From the NCBI GenBank assembly GCA_034780895.1, contig JAUZTB010000072.1:13627458-13691457 (forward strand): a stretch of 64,000 nt of DNA. Direction: 5' to 3'. The notes under the pieces are model-generated. The model was not told the origin of the DNA, ran no database searches, and saw only the letters and a program-made list of their open reading frames with translations. Below are positions 55,701 through 64,000 of the stretch, in pieces. How positions within the stretch are numbered: position 1 is the stretch's first letter; each line of letters begins with the position of its first letter. This DNA comes from Rhynchobatus australiae (taxonomy: Eukaryota). The position numbers and the translations under genes were made by a program.

Positions 55701-58700
55701 ACAGCATAAGCTTTGTCAAAGGTGAGTTTGTGCTAAAATTACATTCCTTTCTTTTATATAACTTCTTGACAACTCTCCATAATAAAACATGTGGTACTAT
55801 AAATAAAATTAACTAGCTTAGTTTTTAAAATATTGGATTACCAACTTGTACACTTCACCTTTCCTGATGAATAGTAAAAACGACCAAATGATCCCCTTTA
55901 TTCTGACGTCAAATGGGATACGTTGATGGAAACTTTGTGGTATGCTCCTCTCCACCTACCTGTCACTGCTGGTACTACTGCTGCTGCTGACTGAATCACT
56001 GCTTGATGACCTACTCCGGGACCCACTGCCACTGGGAGATCGTCGTGACCGTCCTTGGCTAGGTCGTTGTGGGGACTGGTTTCCTGACCGTGAGGAATGT
56101 GGGGATCGACTTCTGCTGTGCTGATAATTCTTTTCTTGCCGCCTCCCTCTTACTTCCCGAGTAATATCTTCCCTGTAGAGATCTCGGTGTACTACACTTG
56201 AAATTGCAAACTGTTCCCTCCCTCTTTGTTCATAACGTGGATCATGAGCTTCAAATCGAGTAGGACTTCGACTTCTTGACCCATAATAAACTCCATGTTG
56301 TATAGTTCGATCCCGAGGATCTCTATAGTAATCCTGTTCATAATGTCTGGGACGATCAAACCCTGCTGTTGTACGATCGTGGTGTCCATAGGCACTATGA
56401 TCATAAGTACGCTCCCTGTTATCAGAAGCCCTGTTTTGTTTGGAAAAGGGGATGGAAAGAGGAAGGAAAAAAATGACAATCAGTCAAGCATTATCCATAG
56501 AGCAGGAAGATCCCCTTTTTGCCCCCCTCTAAACACTGGCAAAATAAGCATTTGACTTTTAAATAGCAAATATAAGGAAACAATAAAGAAATTGGCAAAA
56601 GCATTATGTTCAGTAGTTATTATTAAGAAACTGAATGCTTTCTTTCAATGCTTATCCTTCACAGTAAACTTATTTCCTAATGCAGTTGATATTATACTAA
56701 TTATTAAGCTTACATTTCTTAATTCTCATGTATTAAAGTTAGGAGAAGATTAATGCAAAACCTGATTTACCAAAGTTTAATTAATTTGCTGCATAATTTA
56801 CCTCAGTAAAAATAACAATACTCAGAAATATATTTATTTTAAATTCTGGAATTTCCATAATTCTACTCATAATCTTCATAATTATTTTATATTCAGATCA
56901 TTTTTAATCACTTCCCATTCTAAATTTCTTCCATGCAAGATATTATAACAGTATTATTTTTCCATTGACATTCTAGATTCAGAAAACAGAAAACACTGAG
57001 TAGCAAAGCCACTAAGCTATGCATAGAGTCAAGTTGACTTAATCAGCGAGGTATAGAACTGAGCTTACAATGTACTGTGGAATCATTTTTACACTGACCT
57101 TTCAGCAATGAAAAGAAGCAAGCTGATTCCAAATTACTGCCATCAGCTGACACACAAAAAAAATACAAATTCCTAATCCATGAAAGACAAAGACAGGCAA
57201 AGAAGCTAACAGAGATGCAAGACAGTGAGATTCTATTGGCTAAGTGCTGATTGAATTTTTTAGCAGTGCTAATGACTACTGGAGTTAGTGGAAAGAAAGG
57301 GTTGACTGGGTTAGGAGAGGGGCTAAGATACGCATGGCAGGGCATACCAACCTTTTTAGACTGCAGTAAACACGACCTAAATCCCAATTAAATCTAGGGA
57401 GAGAAAAGTGTACAAACATTCCCAATTTGGTCCCCTCTTAAAGGGGTAATCCAACTTCGGATAGTGCTAGTGCCGCATTGATTTGGGGATTGTATCAAGA
57501 AAACTGAACGCCCAAGAAAGATAAACTTCCATTGCCAGTGTTACGTATATTCGCCTCAAAGATAGCTCCCAAAGTTTTAACAGTAACTCCCAAACCCCAA
57601 GACCTTTCTGAGATGCGGAGTGCGTTCAGATGGATGTATGACGGTAAATAGATGTATCCCAATTCCAGTCGACATTAAGCAACTATACCCGTTACTCCCA
57701 GAGCACAGTGCTTTCTTCTAGTAGTAGGTATATAATATCCATTTTCTAGCAGTCAGTTGCCATGTCTTAAAATATTTTCACATTTGATCTGAAAGTTAAA
57801 ATGTAATGTATCCACTAACAGATTTCCCTTGTTTGATAGTCCACTGGTACAATAAGTAGAATCAAGAAGAGTATGAAACACAAACCAGGTAATCCAAACT
57901 GCCATACAACTACTTTAAGATGAATATAATCCCACGTTGAAGAGATAATGCCCTCCATTCCATTATGCAGGAAAATGAAATTCCAAAATGTTTGAAAGCT
58001 TCTACAATTTAATCGTTGGACCAGAAATATCCATAAGATCCAATTGGGGTGAATCAAAATAAACAGTACAGATATGTAGACCCTTGTATATGATACGTTC
58101 TCAATTCTTCAGTTTTCCTTCAAATGAATTCATGTTGAAAATCATGAGCTGTAATATCCTTCAAGGAAAGCAGTAGATCAAAGAGTACTATATCTTCATT
58201 GAAATAATTTCATATCCAAAGAACGTGCATCAACACCTTACACTTAAGCCAAAGCCAATATGATACTGCAGAAAGTCTTCAATGCACTTCAATATTGCCT
58301 CAAACAGTAGGTCTAGTAATTCCATAGTATTCCTCAGGTTGGTTGTACCAGGATGCAATTTCATAGCCACTCAATCGAAGGGATACATCCAGAGGGAACG
58401 GCTTGCAATCCATGGAGAAAAGGGAAGCTTATTACGAGGGTTAACTCCATAGTAACTGATAAAAACCTTCCATCAAACTAACCAAACTTATCCCAGGAGT
58501 AGTCATCCAGCCAGCTGCAGAATAGATCCACTGCGAAGAGGCCAGAGCTGCTACTGGTTTCAATTCTCTTCCATATCCAACAACGACACGAATGTATAGA
58601 TTTCCTCATTAAATCCATCTGGGGAACCTAAACATGAGTTGCTGCTTCTCACACTATTTATCAAAACCCTGCCTAGAGAAACCTTGGAACTTACCCATCA

Positions 58701-59015
58701 AGTCTCCGTTCATAACGTCCTTCCCGTCCATGTAGTGATGGTGGTGGTCCATATGTTGGCCCCCCACCACCTCCCCTGAACCCTGAAACCTCTCTAGTAC
58801 GAGTTCCTATAGGAACGGTATCATCTAATCCCCGAGCAGCACTTGGAATAGTGCCAGGCTCATTGTAATCCGTTCGAAGATCTCGGTCTCCCATTTTGTT
58901 GACAGAATTGTGCGCTTTCTGTGCACTTTTGATGTCCACAAAATCCACAAAGGCTGCCACTCCTCCTTCTGAGCCCCTTTTGGGAAGAATTTTGACACTT
59001 TCCACACGGCCATAT
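1..59015 (-). CDS. SPEN: SPEN / SHARP / MINT gene, partial (coding exons 2-11; exon 1 and the 3' SPOC-encoding end lie outside the window)
   Basis: Ten exons with consistent splice phases join into one ORF: RRM1 part, RS/Ser-rich region, RRM2-4, then a long charged low-complexity exon with SPEN-specific blocks. Exon sizes 321/471/161/201/152/126/114/114/101 nt closely match the human structure as I recall it. Confidence 0.97.
552..659 (-). other. RBPJ-interaction motif of SPEN within exon 11
   Basis: Hand translation GLRVNTSEGVVVLSYSGQKTEGPQRISAPISQIPPA is near-identical to the recalled mammalian SHARP RBPJ-binding segment. Confidence 0.8.
2017..2514 (-). repeat. Degenerate coding tandem repeat, ~15 units of 33 nt (some 30 nt), consensus peptide ~SKAPxSVESVI
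   Basis: Plus-strand units start at 2017, 2050, 2083, 2116, 2149, 2182, 2215, then 2296, 2329, 2362, 2395, 2425, 2455, 2485 (e.g. ggagctttagatattacactctccacagaaaca). Confidence 0.9.
2598..2697. other. Assembly gap (100 N, placeholder length) inside exon 11
   Basis: N run. Other gaps: 1536-1569, 9327-9500, 18109-19053, 20609-20708, 27661-27730, 52518-52617 and three tiny ones. Confidence 0.99.
8090..8385 (+). mobile_element. HE1-like V-SINE remnant
   Basis: V-domain-like gtttgcatgttctc...ggtgctctggttttctcccacctcccaaaaatgtg followed by a CR1-type tail (gggtcaaatggccttcttccgtg). Confidence 0.7.
8795..9100 (-). mobile_element. HE1-like V-SINE remnant
   Basis: Reverse copy of the same family (catctttgggatgtgg...gaaacccatgc...gaggtcaggattgaac...ctggagctgtgaggc). 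Confidence 0.7.
9876..9976 (-). CDS. SPEN: SPEN exon 10 (end of RRM4), 101 nt, GC donor
   Basis: atag|GTGGATTTTGCAAAT (VDFANRESQLAFYRSMEVSGQDIRDLYEIFAERR). Ends AG|gcaagt; phase 2 matches exon 11. Confidence 0.93.
10496..10609 (-). CDS. SPEN: SPEN exon 9 (RRM4), 114 nt
   Basis: acag|ATTGTG...ATAAAG|gttag; IVLDRQKGMALVLYDEIECAQTAVQETKGRKIGGNRIK. Confidence 0.95.
11917..12030 (-). CDS. SPEN: SPEN exon 8 (RRM3 end / RRM4 start), 114 nt
   Basis: ctcag|CTGGGA...CTCAAA|gtaagt; LGFGKSMPTNCVWLDGLSSNITEQYLSRHFCRYGPVLK. Confidence 0.95.
13659..13784 (-). CDS. SPEN: SPEN exon 7 (RRM3), 126 nt
   Basis: tgacag|GATATTGAC...CTCAAG|gtcagg; DIDIKKVNGVPQYAFLQYCDIASVCKAIKKMDGEYLGNNRLK (not in the ORF track; translated by hand). 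Confidence 0.95.
15004..15155 (-). CDS. SPEN: SPEN exon 6 (RRM3), 152 nt
   Basis: ttgcag|AAACGG...ATTGTG|gtatgt; ETESENEFRPLDDRIDEFHPKATRTLFIGNLEKTTTYGDLRNIFERFGEIV. Confidence 0.95.
15750..16065 (+). mobile_element. CR1/HER1-like LINE 3' fragment, degenerate
   Basis: Similar to the 3' ends of the CR1 copies at ~28800 and ~42200 (gttggaattctctac...gatagagactgctagatttttg). Confidence 0.55.
16300..16500 (-). CDS. SPEN: SPEN exon 5 (RRM2), 201 nt
   Basis: tttag|ACACAAGC...GGCCCAG|gtaggt; TSLKDGLFHEFKKYGKVTSVQIHGASEERYGLVFFRQQEDQEKAMNASKGKLFFGMQIEVTAWTGP. Confidence 0.95.
19054..19160 (+). mobile_element. Rex1/Babar-like LINE 3' tail emerging from the 945-N gap
   Basis: gcactgtattgctgccacaaaacaacaaatttcac...gataataaacctgattctg, a typical (GATTCT)n-ended tail. 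Confidence 0.55.
19197..19357 (-). CDS. SPEN: SPEN exon 4, 161 nt (NAGNAG acceptor)
   Basis: ttttcacag|TAGTGATTCA...ACTG|gtgagt; SDSSSSSSDESPARSVQSAAVPAPPVQLPTPVEKDEPRKSYGIKVQNLPVRST. Confidence 0.93.
20880..23095 (+). mobile_element. Degenerate CR1-clade LINE RT fragment, split by a Rex-Babar insertion (host parts ~20880-21760 and ~22895-23095)
   Basis: gcaggagttcctcagggcagtgttctagacc (GVPQGSVL) and tctgctgatgattgtgcag (ADDC). The 3' end resumes at catgggaacaccac...ctccaagtcac. Confidence 0.75.
21764..22890 (-). mobile_element. Rex1/Babar-clade LINE reverse transcriptase pseudogene
   Basis: Broken ORFs [70 protein letters not shown]. Confidence 0.85.
23360..23525. mobile_element. Penelope-derived short palindromic element
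   Basis: gcaggtcaagcagcatctgtggaga...gctgcctgatctgctgaatatttcc; dispersed family with further copies near 34530, 44590, 62570 and 63770. Confidence 0.6.
26630..27010 (+). mobile_element. Deu-domain SINE (SacSINE1/AmnSINE1-like)
   Basis: ggatgagatg...agatcctatagcactattttgaggaag...ccaatatgtatccttctatcaacac... with an L2-type tail catcctgagatcatgaaaggtgctttacaaatgcaag. Confidence 0.65.
28040..29130 (+). mobile_element. CR1 (HER1-like) LINE, 5'-truncated
   Basis: ADYTKIGG (ADDTK motif), LHFG...DVQRDVGVQ...LQLYKTLIRPHLDY, 3' tail gggccaaaggacttgttcttatgctgtac. Confidence 0.88.
29560..29940 (-). mobile_element. Penelope-like element remnant (pLTR region)
   Basis: tgcagatactagaaattggaaacaaaacagaatgctggaaatag...aggcagcatctgcagagagc. 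Confidence 0.55.
30740..31240 (-). mobile_element. L2-like LINE 3' remnant
   Basis: Purine-rich degenerate sequence (gagagatgattagggacagaaatccag...gttgaggcatt...ggagccagg); related segments at ~32440-33330. Confidence 0.45.
36412..37075 (-). mobile_element. CR1 (HER1-like) LINE 3' part
   Basis: KANAVSAFISRGLEYKSKDVMLRFYKALVRPHL; KKDVLALETVQRRFMRMIP; TRGHSLRIEGCPFRAEMRRNFFS. Confidence 0.9.
37850..39650 (+). mobile_element. RTE-clade LINE pseudogene
   Basis: RGMIDMIFVARQLQEKCR, VKQSHITTPTLFTIFL, LPTLLYSSET and C-terminal CSTCGRDCRSNI resemble RTE/BovB-type ORFs; many stops and frameshifts. Confidence 0.82.
41365..41672 (+). mobile_element. CR1 LINE 3' end
   Basis: RGDLIEVYKIMR...KGHAFKARGGKFK; tail gggccgaagggcctgttcctgtgctgtac...ttctatgttcta. 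Confidence 0.85.
41862..42537 (+). mobile_element. CR1 LINE 3' part
   Basis: tccctgaaagtggcgtcataggtggacagggtgg...; LPEEVVEAGTITTCKRHLD; tail gggcctgtttcccatgctgtattgctctatgattcta-like. Confidence 0.88.
42690..42915 (+). mobile_element. Deu-domain SINE remnant
   Basis: gatgagatattaaactgaggcccc...ccaatatatccttcaatcaacaccaccaaaac...tgtccaaactggctgcc. Confidence 0.65.
46480..47350 (+). mobile_element. Degenerate CR1-clade LINE RT fragment (same family as 20880-21760)
   Basis: ccaataacctgctcactcatgttcagtttg..., cttcatcgatgacctt..., ttttcagataattgc (F-x-D-x-C). Confidence 0.65.
47880..49340 (+). mobile_element. Penelope-like element 3' part (GIY-YIG C-terminus plus pLTR), split by an insertion at 48259-49031
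   Basis: RFAKHFHSICK-DPELPAACH...KLKE-PLIF...; pLTR-like end ttattgaccta...tttctctctccatggtcgctgcctaacctactga. Confidence 0.65.
48259..49031. mobile_element. Putative non-autonomous DNA transposon (TcMar/Tigger-like ends)
   Basis: Left end TA|cactggtacct...ctcagattgca; the right end read in reverse complement gives cacaggtacct...ctcagattgca. The interior is GC-richer than the flanks. Confidence 0.5.
49500..49818 (-). mobile_element. HE1-like V-SINE
   Basis: caatttacagtagccaattaacc...ggaggaaaccggaacacccac...aaactccacacagacagca. Confidence 0.78.
54040..54480 (+). mobile_element. Highly degenerate CR1 3' fragment
   Basis: accttggataggtctcatatgaagtactgtgcatagttctg (LxRxHxxYCxxF). Confidence 0.5.
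55960..56430 (-). CDS. SPEN: SPEN exon 3 (RS/Ser-rich), 471 nt
   Basis: aacag|GGCTTCTGATAACAGG (ASDNRERTYDHSAYGHHDR...HSRSRSPHSSRSGNQSPQRPSQGRSRRSPSGSGSRSRSSSSDS...). Ends GACAG|gtaggt; phase 2-2. Confidence 0.94.
58695..59015 (-). CDS. SPEN: SPEN exon 2 (RRM1 C-terminal part), 321 nt
   Basis: ctttcag|ATATGGCCGT...GATGG|gtaagt; YGRVESVKILPKRGSEGGVAAFVDFVDIKSAQKAHNSVNKMGDRDLRTDYNEPG...ERRLDG. Confidence 0.96.
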
Positions 59016-59166
59016 CTGAAAGAAAGAGAGAAAAAAATAAATAAGCAAAATACAAACTAGCCAGGACATGTTACAATAAACATTTTATATAATATTGCAA
59101 TATTCAAACAGTATTATTTTCAACTTTTGCTTTTAGTAACTAGAAAGAAATTTAAATTCAACACTA

Positions 59167-59512
59167 GTGGCACAGTAGCACAGCAATTAATGCTGCCACC
59201 TTACAGCTCCAGAGATCCGTTAATTGATCCTGATTTTGGGTGTTGTTTATATGGAGTTTGCATATGGTCCCTCAGTGTCATTCCCCTCCCTCCCCCCAAC
59301 TCCCCCATCTAGCCCAGCCTGCACCCCCAGAAGTTTTCCGTTTCCTCCCACATAGTAAAGATGTGATGGTTGGCGGGTTAATTGGCTATTCAGGAGAATA
59401 AGAGAGGGGAGATGATGGGGATGCCAAAGGAAAAAATGGAATTAATGCAGGGCTCGATGGCTGGCGTGAATGCAGTGAGCTGCAGGGCATGTTCCTGTGC
59501 TGTATGACTCTA
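59167..59512 (+). mobile_element. HE1-like V-SINE, near full length
   Basis: tRNA-like head gtggcacagtagcacagc...cagctccagagatcc, V domain, CR1-type tail gggcatgttcctgtgctgtatgactcta. Confidence 0.78.
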
Positions 59513-61499
59513 CAACTAACTTCATTTTCATGTTTTTAATATAAACTATACTATTCAGCTGCCATCAACTGTCTCTTTCAGAAAATATAGCCAACATTAT
59601 GAAGAAAGTATATGTGATATGACAGGACCAGGAATGGAGGTCTGGGGAAGAATTGGTTCTAAGTTACTCTTAATTTCCATTCTTGCATATATTCTATATC
59701 TGATCACCAGATTTCTGATCGTGGTACTGATGAATAGGTAATATTGTTAATTTGAGGACACGCATATTTTCCGATTAAAACCATTATAAGATCCTAATTT
59801 ACACTGTGTAAAGTAAACCTTGCAAGTTAAATTAACTGTTTGGATTCCTTTATACCTGATGCAGAAACTTGAAGCACACTAACAGCGGTCAGGTGTCATT
59901 TCCAACATTCACTGATGTGTATCATTGAATTCATTGGTAGATTAGCATTCTTTCCCGGTTCCTTTTCCCACTTTCAGAAGCTGAGTCCCCAGTTCCTCCA
60001 ACCTCCTATTAGTCTTACTCCATCAGTAATCTTATAGTCCCAAATAATTTTCATATTTCCATTCCTCAGTGAATTATCCACTAATGCTTTAGGATTTGCA
60101 TTCAACATAATGGTCATTAATTGCACTAATTAAATTCCAAAGGGACTAATGGATCTTGCTATACTCTTTACTTAACCTAAATGGAGAAACATCAATGTGC
60201 TTGAATCTGCTGAGAAACATATATTCAAGTATTCCAACAATGTCATTCGCAAAATAAGATTTTCAATTTCCAGGTTAAAATTATACCATACCAAAAACAA
60301 AAATATTCATTAATGTCAAGCCAACTAAAATGCAATATACAATGCTCAACTGTTAATGCATTCTTGCAACAAACTAAGTTCTGTTCTGACATAGACATGA
60401 ATAAACATGAATACTACGAAAAAAAGCAGAGTTCACAGCTTTCATTCCACTCACCCAATCCCTATTTTTTTCTTATTTAATCCCTCATGTTCTATAGTAT
60501 ATTATTGATACTTAGCTTGTACCTTAGGAAATGGATTATGGTCAACATTTTACTTTGCTAAAAAAATATGCAAAAATGAAGGTAACAATTTTATCATCAA
60601 TGAATGTGCTAACAGTAAAAAACAAAAAGTAATAAAACAGAATATACAACCTACTTTTTTTAAAGCTTTTTTTTTAATAAATGTAAAAGCTAATTGCCAT
60701 CAGTTCTCTAATTACCTCTCCCCTACAACATCCCAATCTTGGCCCTGAATTCATGTTTTGTAAGAGAATCTGCAGGATTATGGTGAGTGTGGGGAAGTGG
60801 ACTACTCTTGCTCAGAGCCAGACTTGACATGAGGGGCCAAATGACCTCCTCCTATCACGAGTCTGCCATAAATACTTTGTCAGTTATTCTTTGATTGCAC
60901 TCTGGTGTTTCATCAAAATAATCATTTTTCTTGCTTATTCTCTGAGCTTAGTCTCATTTTCAATAGTCACACATATGGTTCTCTTACAGCCTGGTGATAT
61001 AAAATTGCTAAATGTGCTACAGGTTGTGGGATAACTACAAAGTTTATTTTGGAATGCCTGTACTGGCTCCCTGGCAACTCCTAATCACTAAACTAAAAGC
61101 AGTTGCATGCATTTCCAGGAGGTGTCATTATACAGTGATCAGAGAAAAAAATTGCTCTTCAAACCCAGATGACAGGTTCATCGTGGCACCCCAAATGCTT
61201 TTCACATACCCTGGTCAAGACCTGCAATACTCAGTAAACAAAAAGATACTGGCAGTCCAGTGGGGGACGGGGTTAATACTGTGGATAAACGTGGGAGCTG
61301 TGTTTTATATTAGGGACAATTTTGCATTTTTATTGAATTATTTTGTTTCACTAAATTTTTCACAAGACATAATTATGGAATATTTTAAGCTATGTTGCAT
61401 GGTTACAACTCGTGATTGTCCTGCCAAATAAGGATAACGTGGAAAATTCACAAATTTTAATTAATCTGATCAATGTTTTTCCATCAGGTATTACGAAAA

Positions 61500-61860
61500 C
61501 CGCAGGCAGTAAAATGCCATCTTTTCACAAACATTTCGGTGACTGCTGTTATCAGACCTTTTTTTCATTTTAACCCACATTCAAATACGTGCTGTTTACA
61601 GGCTTGTGTGTACTTTGAGAAACCAAGGCCGTTTAAACAAACAACTGGACTTTGAGCAAATCCCGAGAGCAGCTATTTATGTGCTTTCCCTCAGTGACGA
61701 GCTAAACTGGCCGCATGACACACCTTGTGGCTGCTTTCCAAGCTCTCCCGATTGCTGCAATCTCGCAGCCGACCAGCGGTGCAATGCTGTAAAATGGCGG
61801 GACATATCACAGGCATCAAACGGACACATATAATGGCGGGAGACGAGGGGGGGAAAATGC
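61500..61860. promoter_or_regulatory. CpG-richer intron-1 segment with YY1 motifs
   Basis: AAAATGGCGG at 61791-61800, ATAATGGCGG at 61830-61839, GCCATCTT at ~61516; CpGs visibly more frequent than in the other introns. Confidence 0.45.
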
Positions 61861-62564
61861 TCAGAATTAGGTCATAGTAAATCAATAGCGCTAACGAAAA
61901 ATGATCGGTTATTTAGATACCGTTGGACGTAATTTCCCCTAAAGCAATCTTTTTCATTTCAAGGACATCATTCCTTGTAAGATTTTCATTGGGCGCAGTC
62001 ATCAAATAATCTACCTTTCAGAAATTGGGTGGATCTTTCAAGAATATCACATGATCTGCTTGTATTGCAGTAAGATTTCAATGCAGTACGTTCTAATTTG
62101 TATTTGCCTCCTTACGTAAATATAAAAAGAAATGTTTCCCCATTTCTGTAAGTAGAGAGGTGTTTCGATTTACTGCTTCAGTCACTTGTACAGAGATCTC
62201 CATGAAAGCGATTGTATTTGTTTTTAAATAATTCGTGATGCGATTAGAGTGACGTTTATCAGTGGAATAAATTGCCTTGTTGCTTCTGGGCAAGTCTCTT
62301 GGGAGAAGTGAATGCCACACCGACATTTTTACACAATGCATGTTATGCGAAGTTAGAAACTGCTCTGCTATTGCAGAAATCCTGCAGTTCAGACTGTTCT
62401 CGATTTCCACAAACGTTACTTCTAAAACTAAGCGCAATAATGAGTCTATTTTCGCAACAGCAACATTTGAAAGGAAACAATGTCCTACTCGAAGTGCGAT
62501 AAAATTATTTTTATGCTAACTCAAAGTTAACATAAACTATCCGCACAGCCCATCCAAACTGAAT

Positions 62565-62805
62565 ACTCATGTGGCGGGAACATTCAGCAGTAGAGCTAAC
62601 GTTGCAGATGGAAAATTCTTCATCAGAACTGGGGGAAAAGGAAACAAGGACGAACTTGTTTTCTTTCCCAGTTTTGACGAAGGGTCTTCAAACCAAAACG
62701 TTAATTTGTTTCGCTTTCACAGATGTTGCCGGATCTAAAAAGAGTGTTTTCAGCATTTTATGATTTTTCCCAGATTTCTAACATCTGCAGTTTTGTTTTA
62801 ATTTT
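62565..62805. mobile_element. Penelope-derived palindromic element
   Basis: Head-to-head halves ...ttcttcatcagaactggg / cccagttttgacgaaggg...aaaacgttaatttgtttc...cacagatgttgcc. Confidence 0.6.
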
Positions 62806-63769
62806 TCACTTCCCTGGAGAAGGAGGATAATATCCAAAGGAAACCCGAAGAAGCCTCTCTACTGGTAGCAACTCGATCCTTTAATATGGACATGGGTGAA
62901 GTTATGTGCCGAGGACTACACTACTTCGAAACTATCACTTAGGAAAAAAATGCAGAATCGAAATTTAAGATTGACGAGAAATACCGCCCTGGATTTTGCT
63001 GGATTACTCATCATTTAATTTTTGAGACAGGTCCTCACTGGGTAATCTGCCGACCTGACTCGGGTTCCACAATCCCATAGATTTCACTAGGGTTAGTAGG
63101 ATTGCGGGGAGGGGAAAGAAATGTCTGTTCATTTATGTTTAATGGTAGTTCGTCTAATATCTAACATTTACATTTAATTCTACTTCATTTTACTCGTTTT
63201 GAGTCGTAATACTGAACATTGAGAAACAATTTAAAACAGACGACATTGACAGTCGGCTTTGGCGTTTTGTGAACGGTACTTCTGATCCACCCACTGACCA
63301 CAGCTCGACCTTGGTTCTACCTGATCAAACCAGATCAGCTTTTATTCAAATAAGATAAATTCAGACGAGTGGCGATAGCGAGTAGCAGGGCCGTAGCAGT
63401 AACATCAAGGCCATTTCATGGCATTAGACCCTGCGAAGAAGCACTCCCTAATAGTACTGCTAGTTTAAAATTTGTTGGAGGGTTTACACCATATATAAAA
63501 ATGGCTCCAGCTACCCTGACGGTAATGTTCCAGAGTGGTCATTAATATCAAATGTAACGCTTAATTTCGAAAGCTCCAATGTATTAAAATAAACATCCAG
63601 AAATACATTTAGTGGTGGGAAAGATAATGGAACTTTTATTCAAAGATCCAACAGAAAAACGTGTAGAAAATATAATAAAGAATAGTCAACATCTTGCCAT
63701 GCAATATAGCTCTAAGCTAAATAGGAGAGACATACAAAAAGATATCCCAAAAAAGAATGGCCAAGCCTG

Positions 63770-63950
63770 CTGAACTTGTAACAAAATAGAAAATGCCAGA
63801 AATGTTCATCAGGCCAGGAGGCATCTATGGAGAGAGAAAACAAAGACAACCTTTCAGATCAATGACTCTTTATCTTTCTCCATTGATGCTGCCTCACATG
63901 CCAAGTGTTCACAGTGCTTTCTGTTTGAGATTTCCAGCATATGCAGTAGA
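63770..63950. mobile_element. Penelope-derived palindromic element
   Basis: aaaatgccagaaatgttcatcaggccaggaggcatctatggagagagaa...tctccattgatgctgcc...tttccagcatatgcagt. Confidence 0.6.
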
Positions 63951-64000
63951 TTTGATATACATGGGCTTTTGAAATGTCTTTGATAAGACACGACTAAGGT

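Noticed and set aside
59016-64000. Search for SPEN exon 1 (start codon and first part of RRM1)
   Set aside because: No matching coding sequence seen; exon 1 must lie beyond the window end.
1-64000. Intronic tRNA, snoRNA or miRNA genes; CRISPR or other prokaryotic systems
   Set aside because: None recognisable by eye. The tRNA-like sequences are SINE heads and the DNA is clearly vertebrate. An Rfam scan would be needed to exclude small RNAs.

Overview
Vertebrate genomic DNA, very likely from a cartilaginous fish (shark/ray), judged from HE1-like V-SINEs, HER1/CR1, Deu-domain SINEs, Rex-Babar, RTE and Penelope remnants. The whole window lies inside one minus-strand gene, SPEN (SHARP/MINT, Msx2-interacting RRM corepressor). 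Coding exons 2-10 and most of the giant exon 11 can be placed from splice sites and reading phase. Exon 1 lies beyond the right edge, and the 3' end with the SPOC domain lies beyond the left edge. Exon numbering and comparisons to human SPEN are from memory, not from an alignment. The most interesting signal is the first ~1.35 kb of intron 2 (57352-58694): no recognisable TE, strongly strand-biased for UGGA, and carrying several alternative acceptors that share one downstream donor. These would give PTC-containing (poison) exons or a 42-nt in-frame cassette, a candidate splicing/NMD dosage-control module. Also notable: a GC-AG intron 10, a NAGNAG acceptor at exon 4, a ~15-unit 33/30-nt coding repeat in exon 11, an apparent K>P change in the RBPJ-binding motif, YY1 motifs in a CpG-richer part of intron 1, nested TEs and decayed hammerhead-ribozyme cores. 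Several N gaps cause artefacts, including an apparent frameshift in exon 11. TE boundaries are approximate.
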